From NCBI GenBank assembly GCA_031413075.1, contig JANOEF010000568.1:1-45452 (forward strand): DNA of 45,452 bases, in the 5' to 3' direction. The notes under the pieces were generated by a model that saw nothing but the letters and a program-made list of their open reading frames with translations, made no database searches and was not told the DNA's origin. This DNA comes from Acidobacteriota bacterium (lineage in GTDB: Bacteria > Acidobacteriota > Blastocatellia > Pyrinomonadales > Pyrinomonadaceae). A program made the position numbers and the translations under genes. Below, one piece after another: positions 26,590 through 33,529 of this stretch (its first letter is position 1; each line of letters starts with the position of its first letter).

Positions 26590-26771
26590 TTTTTACCTCT
26601 CGAATTTTTTATTATTTAACGCGCCACCGGTGACTTAATAACTTAGACAACACGGAATTTGAAAAAGTCTGAAAAAGATGAGCAATTTTATCTAATCAAA
26701 AGGATTGCGAGCCGAAGTTCAGGAAAAGTTTGAATTTGACTTTGCACCTCAGACTTGAGATTTTAGATTTT

Positions 26772-27131
26772 ATGACAAATGTTGATGAGCAAAGTTACCG
26801 CGAAAAGGTTTATGAAATCGTTCGCCAAATTCCCGGTGGAAAAATAATGACTTACGGACAGATTGCCGACATTTTAGGCGAAGGCTACACGGCACGGACA
26901 GTCGGCTATGTAATGCACGCGGCTTCAACGCAAAATGTTCCGTGGCAACGGGTTATCAATTCGCAAGGCGGTTGTTCGACGGCGAAAATGACGGTTCCTT
27001 TTAATCTCCAACAAAATCTTTTGGAACAAGAAGGTGTGATTTTTAACCAGGAAAAATGTGATTTAAAAGTCTATCGCTGGATGCCGGAAGGCTCCGAAGA
27101 GGAAGATGACCAACCGAGTCTGTTTGGGTAG
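26772..27131 (+). CDS. MGMT-family DNA-binding protein, alkyltransferase-like (ATL; active-site Cys absent)
   Basis: HTH block MTYGQIA, and VPWQRVIN in place of the PCHRV active site. Start set to ATG 26772. Confidence 0.75.
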   Translation: MTNVDEQSYREKVYEIVRQIPGGKIMTYGQIADILGEGYTARTVGYVMHAASTQNVPWQRVINSQGGCSTAKMTVPFNLQQNLLEQEGVIFNQEKCDLKVYRWMPEGSEEEDDQPSLFG

Positions 27132-27430
27132 GAATATTCAACACCTTTGTCGCCAATTTCGGACACGCCGGCGATGGTAACATCCACGTCAACTTTATGT
27201 GCAACCGCGAAGATCCCGACTCGATTCGACGTGCGCGTCTATGTGTCAGCGAAGCCTTTCAACTCTCCGTCAACCTCGGCGGCACAATCTCCGGCGAACA
27301 CGGCATCGGCGACGTCAAAGCCCCGTATCTGGACTACGCGATTGATAAATCAACGCTCGAAATTATGAAGGGAATCAAGCAAGTTTTTGACCCACTTGGG
27401 ATTTTGAATCCGGGGAAGATGTTTGTTTAG
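27132..27430 (+). pseudogene. 3' fragment (~100 codons) of a GlcD-like FAD-linked oxidase gene
   Basis: The frame reads IFNTFVANFGHAGDGNIHVN...GGTISGEHGIGDVKAPYL...IKQVFDPLGILNPGKMFV*. It begins directly after the ATL stop, and the N-terminal ~350 codons are missing. Confidence 0.75.
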
Positions 27431-27443
27431 AAAGAAAATTAGC

Positions 27444-27473
27444 CACGAAAAAACACGAAAAGACACGAAAAAC
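27444..27473. repeat. 3 x 10-bp phased repeat (CACGAAAA+N2) in the leader of the nuclease gene
   Basis: Read directly: cacgaaaaaa cacgaaaaga cacgaaaaac. It ends 4 nt before ATG 27478. Confidence 0.9.
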
Positions 27474-27477
27474 TTTT

Positions 27478-28332
27478 ATGACGAAACTCGAATTTATTGC
27501 ACGACAATTGGCCAAAGCTCAAAATAAAAAATATGAACATTATGTTGTCAATCGAATTTGGCATTTGCTTAATGATTTGAATGTTAAAATTGTCACGCAA
27601 CAATTTGTTTCAAGACCAAACGGCAGAGCAATGACTGATATGTATTTTCCTCAAATCGGGATTCATATTGAAGTTGATGAAGGCTTTCATAAAAAACAGA
27701 TTGATGTTGATAAAGTTCGAGAAGCCGATATTATCAACGCAACCGAACACGAAATATTTCGGGTTGACGTTACAAAAAATATTGAGCAAATTCATTTTGA
27801 AATTGATGCAATAGTTGCAAATATTAAAAGAAAAGTTGAAGTCTCACCAACTTTTAAACCTTGGGATTTAGATAAGGAACAGAGTTCGCAAACTTACATT
27901 GACAAAGGCTATATTGACATAAACGATGATGTTGCTTTTAGGACAATGGCAGATGCCGCAAGTTGTTTTGGACGTGATTACAGTAAAGGATTACAACTTT
28001 CTTATTTCAAACATCCAATTGAACCAAACAAGCGATTATGGTTTCCCAAACTTTATAAAAATGATAAGTGGAATAATCAATTATCCACGGATGAAAATGC
28101 AATTATCTCTACTACCGAATCAATGGAAGACTCTAAAGCAAATGTTGATTATATTATTTCTCAGAATCATTACAGCGTGATTGTTTTTGCAAGAGTAAAA
28201 AGTCCGCTTGGAGATACGATGTATCGGTTTAAGGGTGAATATAAAATTGATGAAGAAGCAACAAATTATGAGGTTGGTGGAATTTATCGAAGAATTGCAA
28301 CCCGCGTAAAAACTTATCCAAACAAAGCGTGA
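27478..28332 (+). CDS. Two-domain nuclease: N-terminal Vsr/DUF559-like PD-(D/E)xK domain plus C-terminal beta-rich domain; candidate modification-dependent (type IV, PvuRts1I/AbaSI-like) restriction enzyme
   Basis: The N-terminal half contains TDMYFPQIGIHIEVDEGFHKK, matching the D...E-x-D-x-x-H pattern of Vsr-like nucleases. Size (284 aa) and two-domain layout fit the PvuRts1I family. The region is very AT-rich compared with its neighbours. The family assignment is from memory, not from a search. Confidence 0.45.
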   Translation: MTKLEFIARQLAKAQNKKYEHYVVNRIWHLLNDLNVKIVTQQFVSRPNGRAMTDMYFPQIGIHIEVDEGFHKKQIDVDKVREADIINATEHEIFRVDVTKNIEQIHFEIDAIVANIKRKVEVSPTFKPWDLDKEQSSQTYIDKGYIDINDDVAFRTMADAASCFGRDYSKGLQLSYFKHPIEPNKRLWFPKLYKNDKWNNQLSTDENAIISTTESMEDSKANVDYIISQNHYSVIVFARVKSPLGDTMYRFKGEYKIDEEATNYEVGGIYRRIATRVKTYPNKA

Positions 28333-28418
28333 GATAATTACTTTGAACGATTAAATTTATTGTCCAAACTCTCGCAAAATGCTAAATTGAACTTATTGTT
28401 TCAGAGGTTACTAATTTT

Positions 28419-28502
28419 ATGGCAAATGATTTAACACAAATTGTGACGGAAAAGATGCAGGGTTTGCCGATTGAAGAACAGCAAAAGGCTTATGAGAAAT
28501 AA
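28419..28502 (+). CDS. Possible 27-aa ORF (MANDLTQIVTEKMQGLPIEEQQKAYEK)
   Basis: ATG-to-TAA ORF whose end overlaps the next ATG. The L-P-x-x-x-Q motif resembles short DUF2281-like antitoxin N-termini. Support is weak. Confidence 0.25.
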   Translation: MANDLTQIVTEKMQGLPIEEQQKAYEK

Positions 28503-28815
28503 TCAAAGTAATTTCATAGATTTATTTAGCTTGATGCTTCACACGAGCGTCGCAGAAAAATTGCGGCTGAATCCGAATGAAGTTTTGCAGATTGCCCGCG
28601 ACAACCTCAAAAGATGGTTGAAAAACGAAAATCCTGCCCTGCTTGAATGGCAGGAAATTCTCGAAATACATTCCCCCGCAGAAATTATCAAAATCATTAC
28701 TCAAGATACGGACGAAGGGCAAAGGCTTCGTTCATCTTCACCGTTTGTCGGCGTTTTGAGCGAAGCGGAACGCGACAAAATTTGGAGCAAATGTGCAGAG
28801 ATCCGACCTGTTTGA
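28492..28815 (+). CDS. Small helical protein, probable partner or antitoxin of the downstream nucleotidyltransferase-fold protein
   Basis: MRNNQSNF...VAEKLRLNPNEVLQIARDNLKRWL...LLEWQEIL...RLRSSSPFVGVLSEAERDKIW. It overlaps the next gene by 23 nt. The start could also be TTG 28471. Confidence 0.5.
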   Translation: MRNNQSNFIDLFSLMLHTSVAEKLRLNPNEVLQIARDNLKRWLKNENPALLEWQEILEIHSPAEIIKIITQDTDEGQRLRSSSPFVGVLSEAERDKIWSKCAEIRPV

Positions 28816-29380
28816 ATTAGTTCGACAAATCAAAAAAATAACGCCCGATGAACTACCGATTATTGTCGGTTCGCAAGCGGTGCATTTGGTCACAAACTTT
28901 CCGCCCGATATTATTCAACAATCAATCGAATGCGATTTTCTTTTTGTCGGTGGCAAAAGCGAAACCCGAATTGAGGTCAACAAAAGATTTGGAGTTTTCA
29001 GCAGTTTTCAACTCGAAAAAGGTTTTTACGCTGACGCTTTAGGCTTGGCGACAGTAATTTTGCCGACTAATTGGCAAGAAAGATTGCAACCATTTAAGGA
29101 TGAAAACGGTGAAACAATCGCTTTGGTGTCAGAAATTCACGACATTGCAGTTAGCAAATTGATTGCCGGAAGAGAGAAAGATTTTCAGTTTTTAAGAGAA
29201 TTATTTTCACGCCAACTCATTGAAACAGATCTGTTTATCGAAAGAGTTTTATTAGTCAAAGAGATGCCCCAAAATGCTGTGCTGATTTCCAGACTGGAAA
29301 ATTTAGAGAAATTTCTTTCGAGGGATTTATCTTTCAGAATTCGGGAATTGTTGAAAGATTTGAAATTAACTGATAGTTGA
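28793..29380 (+). CDS. Nucleotidyltransferase-fold protein (DUF6036-like)
   Basis: IIVGSQAVH..., ...SIECDFLF..., ...FYADALG..LPTNWQERL and DIAVSKLIAGREKDFQFL give a minimal NTase-like pattern. The GTG start overlaps the upstream gene. The family assignment is from memory. Confidence 0.5.
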   Translation: MQRSDLFELVRQIKKITPDELPIIVGSQAVHLVTNFPPDIIQQSIECDFLFVGGKSETRIEVNKRFGVFSSFQLEKGFYADALGLATVILPTNWQERLQPFKDENGETIALVSEIHDIAVSKLIAGREKDFQFLRELFSRQLIETDLFIERVLLVKEMPQNAVLISRLENLEKFLSRDLSFRIRELLKDLKLTDS

Positions 29381-29438
29381 AATCAAGCAAGTTTTTAACC
29401 CGAATGGCATTTTGAGTTCGGGGAAAATGTTTGTGTAG
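29379..29438 (+). pseudogene. Second, diverged copy of the last 19 codons of the glcD-like gene
   Basis: EIKQVFNPNGILSSGKMFV* here versus GIKQVFDPLGILNPGKMFV* at 27371-27430. The two copies share an identical 16-nt core, AATCAAGCAAGTTTTT. Confidence 0.8.
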
Positions 29439-29481
29439 AACAGAAAAAATGTTAGTATAATTGGCGTTTGAGGTTAAATTT

Positions 29482-29667
29482 ATGACTCCAAATTTCCAAC
29501 AAATCATCGAATCAATCCAACAACTTCCCGCGAGCGAGCAGGAGAAAGTTTTACATTGGTTGGAAGAGAAAAGAAAACCGCGTTTGACCACAGCTCGCAG
29601 GGGCGGAGTCGGCTACGCGGGCGGGGCAGTCCCGATTGACGGCGGAAGGGATAGTTTTCAAAGGTGA
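29482..29667 (+). CDS. Small ORF with a DUF2281-like N-terminus that runs into the ATL remnant
   Basis: MTPNFQQIIESIQQLPASEQEKVLHWLEEKRK..., preceded by TATAAT (29455-29460) and GAGG. The C-terminal half is out-of-frame ATL-remnant sequence, so the ORF is probably truncated or decayed. Confidence 0.3.
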   Translation: MTPNFQQIIESIQQLPASEQEKVLHWLEEKRKPRLTTARRGGVGYAGGAVPIDGGRDSFQR

Positions 29668-29746
29668 AAAATGCGAGGTTAACGTTTATCGCTGGATGCC
29701 GGAAGGATACGAGGAAGATGATGACCAACCGAGTTTATTTGGGTGA
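29588..29746 (+). pseudogene. Diverged 3' remnant of an ATL gene
   Basis: The frame reads ...GQSRLTAEGIVFKGEKCEVNVYRWMPEGYEEDDDQPSLFG*. The intact ATL gene ends ...LLEQEGVIFNQEKCDLKVYRWMPEGSEEEDDQPSLFG*. Identical cores are TATCGCTGGATGCCGGAAGG (20 nt) and GATGACCAACCGAGT (15 nt). Confidence 0.8.
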
Positions 29747-29759
29747 AATGTCGTCTGAC

Positions 29760-30908
29760 TTAAACTGATGAACCCGCCGCAAACCCAGAAGACCAGGCCC
29801 ATTGAAAATTATACCCGCCGAGCCATCCCGTCACGTCCACCACTTCGCCGATCAGATATAGACCTTTAACTCGTTTACTTTCCAACGTTTGCGACGAGAT
29901 TTCATCGGTCGAGACTCCGCCCAGTGTCACTTCGGCTTTGTGATAGCCTTCGGTCTCGTTGAACAAAACTTGCCAGCTATTCAAACTTTCGGCAACCTTC
30001 TCAAGTTCTTTTTTACTGATTTGATTAAGCGGCTTATTGTTTTTGATGAAACTTTCGGCAAACCGATTAGGCACATATTTAGACCAGAAATTATCGAGAT
30101 CCTGTTTGCTGTGGTGATTTTGTTCCAAAAGTTCCAGAGCATCTGTTTCGGGCAATAAATCAATCGAAACGGGCGCGTCCCGGCACCAATAATTTGAGAT
30201 CTGCAAAATAGCCGGCCCCGATAAACCGCGGTGCGTGAAAAGAATATTTTCCCGAAACTCGTGTTTTCCGCTTGTGACGATTGAATCAACCGAAACGCCG
30301 GCGAGCTTGCTAAAGTTCTGATCGGCAAACACCAGCGGAACCAGCGACGGACGGGTTTCGACAATTTTTAGTCCGAATTGGCGGGCAAGGCGGTAACCGA
30401 AATCCGTGGCGCCGATTTTGGGGAACGACAATCCGCCGGTCGCAATCACTAAACTTTCAGCTTCAAACACGCCTTGAGTAGCTTCGATGCGGAACAATTT
30501 ATTTTTAGAAACTGTTTTAACTGAACAATTTACCCGGATTTCGACTTTCGCTTTTTCACTTTCGGACAAGAGCATTTCGACAATTTGGCGCGAACTGTCT
30601 CGGCAAAATAACTGTCCGAGTTTTTTCTCGTAAAACTGAATTTTGTGACTTTTGACGAGCTCAATAAAATCCTGTGAGGTGTACCGAGCGAGCGCAGATT
30701 TACAAAAGTGCGGATTTTGTGAAACGAAATTGTTGAATGACACATCCCGATTGGTAAAATTACAACGCCCGCCGCCCGAGATCAGAATTTTGCGTCCAAC
30801 CTCAGGGTTATGCTCAAGCACGAGCGTTTGACGCCCGCGCCGGCCGGACTCAATCGCACAAAAAAGTCCGGCCGCCCCGCCGCCGATAATGATGACATCA
30901 AATTTCAC
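29760..30908 (-). CDS. HI0933/BaiN-family NAD(P)/FAD-dependent flavoprotein
   Basis: Rossmann motif DVIIIGGGAAGLFCA and the family signature ISGGGRCNFTN. Confidence 0.8.
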   Translation of the reverse strand: MKFDVIIIGGGAAGLFCAIESGRRGRQTLVLEHNPEVGRKILISGGGRCNFTNRDVSFNNFVSQNPHFCKSALARYTSQDFIELVKSHKIQFYEKKLGQLFCRDSSRQIVEMLLSESEKAKVEIRVNCSVKTVSKNKLFRIEATQGVFEAESLVIATGGLSFPKIGATDFGYRLARQFGLKIVETRPSLVPLVFADQNFSKLAGVSVDSIVTSGKHEFRENILFTHRGLSGPAILQISNYWCRDAPVSIDLLPETDALELLEQNHHSKQDLDNFWSKYVPNRFAESFIKNNKPLNQISKKELEKVAESLNSWQVLFNETEGYHKAEVTLGGVSTDEISSQTLESKRVKGLYLIGEVVDVTGWLGGYNFQWAWSSGFAAGSSV

Positions 30909-30956
30909 TTTTGGTTTTTTGCCTGCAAAAAAGCGGAAAAGATTAAGAAAACAAAC

Positions 30957-31466
30957 TTACAAATACTTATCCACCAATATTTTAACGTGATGTCTAGGAT
31001 GTCCGACCATACAGTAAGCCAGGGCGCGAACCGTAATCGGATTATCGCTGGCAACGCCGGTTTGGCTCCACGCCGCTTCGCTTAAATTTTTGAAAAATAA
31101 GATGTTTGATTTTCTCAAAAGGGAGAATTCTTCAAATAAATCTTCGATCTTGACCGCATTATAATTTGCATTTTCGACATACGGATTTTGGTCAAAACCG
31201 GCTAATGGCGTGTGATCGGCACGCGAAAATCGAAAGGCTCGATAGGCAAAAACTCTTTCGCCATCAATCAGATGTCCGAGTAATTCCTTGATCGTCCATT
31301 TTCCTTCGGCGTAGGCGTAAAGACCTTTTTCGTCAGTAATTTGGGAAAACAAATCGTGCATTTCGGTCAATTGGCTTTGCATCGCCAAAACTATATCGGT
31401 TTCCTCGACTAATGAAATATAATGGTCGTAATATTCGGCATATTCTGTTTTTTCCGGTCGTTTCAT
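30957..31466 (-). CDS. DinB-family (DinB_2) four-helix-bundle protein
   Basis: WTIKELLGHLIDGERVF...MVGHPRHHVKIL provides the His triad of DinB/YfiT-like proteins. Length 169 aa. Confidence 0.7.
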   Translation of the reverse strand: MKRPEKTEYAEYYDHYISLVEETDIVLAMQSQLTEMHDLFSQITDEKGLYAYAEGKWTIKELLGHLIDGERVFAYRAFRFSRADHTPLAGFDQNPYVENANYNAVKIEDLFEEFSLLRKSNILFFKNLSEAAWSQTGVASDNPITVRALAYCMVGHPRHHVKILVDKYL

Positions 31467-31502
31467 ATTCCAATTTTAGCAAAATTCGGCTAAATTATCG
31501 TT

Positions 31503-31913
31503 ATGAAAATCAAACTTTTAATTGTTACTTCATTTATCCTGTTACTAACGGGCAGTATTTTTGCCCAAAATGGCGGAAAAGCGGAGCCGAATCGTATTAC
31601 GTTTGCCAAAGGAAAATCTTCGGCCGTGCGAGTCGGAACTCTCAAAGGCGATGAGCAATACGAATATGTTTTTGGAGCCAAAAAGGGGCAAAGAGTAAAA
31701 TTGATTCTGCTTTCGATGGTACCGAGAGGCAAATTTCATTCGTTCAAGGTTTTGGGGGCTGAACCAATTGATTTCGCGAGTGAATACGACAAAAATTACG
31801 CTTTTGAATTTACCGCTCCGGAGACGGGGGATTATTTGGTTTTCGTTTCGTTTAACGGAACCAGTAAGGTTAAGTCAGGCAAATTTGATTTGACGCTGAT
31901 GATCAAGGATTGA
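31503..31913 (+). CDS. Small secreted beta-rich protein (hypothetical)
   Basis: Signal peptide MKIKLLIVTSFILLLTGSIFA. Length 136 aa. It lies immediately upstream of the kinase pair. Confidence 0.6.
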   Translation: MKIKLLIVTSFILLLTGSIFAQNGGKAEPNRITFAKGKSSAVRVGTLKGDEQYEYVFGAKKGQRVKLILLSMVPRGKFHSFKVLGAEPIDFASEYDKNYAFEFTAPETGDYLVFVSFNGTSKVKSGKFDLTLMIKD

Positions 31914-31934
31914 TACGCTTCACGGCAAACTAAA

Positions 31935-33446
31935 ATGTTTTCAACTGGGCAACAAATTGGCAGTTATACACTTCTGAGCACGCTTGGCAAGGGTGGTTTT
32001 GGTGAGGTTTGGTTAGCGGAAAAACGCTCACAACTTATTACCAAAAAAGTTGCTATCAAACTCCCACTCGAAGACCAAGTGAACCTCGAAGCTATTCGCC
32101 AGGAAGCCGAGCTCTGGGAACAAGCCAGCGGTCACGCCAACGTCTTGCCGATCATTGATGCTGATATTGTCAGTGGTCAGGTCATCATTGTCAGCGAATA
32201 CGCCGATGGTGGCTCGCTTTTCGATAAACTCAAAAGAGAAGGCAAACTTTCGCTGGAGCAAGCCGTTGAAATGACGATTGGAGTCTTAAACGGCTTAGAA
32301 TTTCTTCATCACAAACGCATCATCCACCGCGACATCAAACCGCAAAATATTTTGTTGCAAGGGAATACGCCGCGCCTGGCTGATTTTGGAATTTCGCGGG
32401 CAATGCAAACCACGGCGATAAGTTCTACGATTATTGGAACAGATGCCTATATGTCGCCCGAGTCATTTGAGGGAAAGCGCACTGTGCAAACGGATATTTG
32501 GTCGGTTGGTATTTTGTTTTATTCGCTTTTGGCGGACAAGTTGCCTTTTCCGCAAGAGCATCCGTCGGAAAGAATGTTTGCCATTTTGACCAGAGAATTT
32601 GTGCCGTTACCGAATCATATTCCAAATAGTTTGCAACAAATAGTCAGCAAAGCGTTAGCCAAATCGCCGGAAAATCGTTATCAAACTGCGAAAGAAATGC
32701 GCGAAGAGTTAAACAGGGCTTTGGTTGGAATCGAACATCCAACGCTGGCAAAAACTGAGGTTTTGCAGATTCCGATTTCCAACCAAACCGTGACGGATGT
32801 AACTTCGCTCGACCAAATTTATCAAACTAATCAACCGCCGAAAGAGCCAACTGTCCACCATCCGCAACCTGTGACACAACCGCCCATTCAGCCGCCGGTA
32901 ATTGAATTTAAGCCTGTTCCGCTGATGGGAAATGAGGCGCAGAAAATTGCGGATAAAACCCGGAAATCGGAATCGAGCGTTGAATCATTTGTCTATGGAC
33001 TTTATGCGGTGGTGGGTCTATTTGGGTTGATTATTTTTATTGCTATTATCGGTGTTATGTGGGGCAGTTCAAGCACCATTAAAACAAGCGATACTTCGTA
33101 CGCAACTAACAATAATAAACCTGCAAATGCTGTTTCGACAACAGAAATGAATATCGAAATAACTACTACCTCCAGAGTTTATTTTATTGCTGATTTTGAT
33201 GCGAAAAGCGACACTTTTTTCCTAGAGTCGGGAAAGGTAAAAAGATACAATCCCAAAAACTATTTTAATCTTTCCTATTCCAAAGTTGCATTCGGTTTGG
33301 TTCAATTAAAACTTAACGGCAAATCAATTCAGCTTCCCGACGCCGAAAGTCCCGAAGAAACAATGGTTGATTTTAAGATAACTAAAAGTAATTTAGCGGA
33401 GGTTTTGCGAACCGGTAAAATTACCCAAACAACATCAGATCGTTGA
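31935..33446 (+). CDS. Hanks-type Ser/Thr kinase with a TM helix and one C-terminal DUF4115(RodZ_C)-like ectodomain
   Basis: Kinase motifs LGKGGFGEVW, VAIKLP, HRDIKPQNILL, DFGISR and GTDAYMSPE; TM helix LYAVVGLFGLIIFIAIIGVMW; C-terminal ...VQLKLNGKSIQLP... Confidence 0.9.
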   Translation: MFSTGQQIGSYTLLSTLGKGGFGEVWLAEKRSQLITKKVAIKLPLEDQVNLEAIRQEAELWEQASGHANVLPIIDADIVSGQVIIVSEYADGGSLFDKLKREGKLSLEQAVEMTIGVLNGLEFLHHKRIIHRDIKPQNILLQGNTPRLADFGISRAMQTTAISSTIIGTDAYMSPESFEGKRTVQTDIWSVGILFYSLLADKLPFPQEHPSERMFAILTREFVPLPNHIPNSLQQIVSKALAKSPENRYQTAKEMREELNRALVGIEHPTLAKTEVLQIPISNQTVTDVTSLDQIYQTNQPPKEPTVHHPQPVTQPPIQPPVIEFKPVPLMGNEAQKIADKTRKSESSVESFVYGLYAVVGLFGLIIFIAIIGVMWGSSSTIKTSDTSYATNNNKPANAVSTTEMNIEITTTSRVYFIADFDAKSDTFFLESGKVKRYNPKNYFNLSYSKVAFGLVQLKLNGKSIQLPDAESPEETMVDFKITKSNLAEVLRTGKITQTTSDR

Positions 33447-33529
33447 AAAAATGTGAAATAATTTGGATTTTTATACATTAGAAAATCAAGAGCACATTTC
33501 GCTCTCATCAGAAAAGTTAAGGAATAATT

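Noticed and set aside
27147-27368. 73-aa ORF (MSPISDTPAMVTSTSTLCA...)
   Set aside because: It is an alternative frame of the glcD-like fragment. The frame giving FGHAGDGNIHVN...GEHGIG...ILNPGK is clearly the ancestral coding frame.
27132-27430. The glcD-like sequence as a functional small oxidase gene (ORF 27197-27430)
   Set aside because: Only the last ~100 of the ~450+ residues expected for this family are present. The FAD-binding domain is missing, and the frame is open right up to the ATL stop, indicating truncation.
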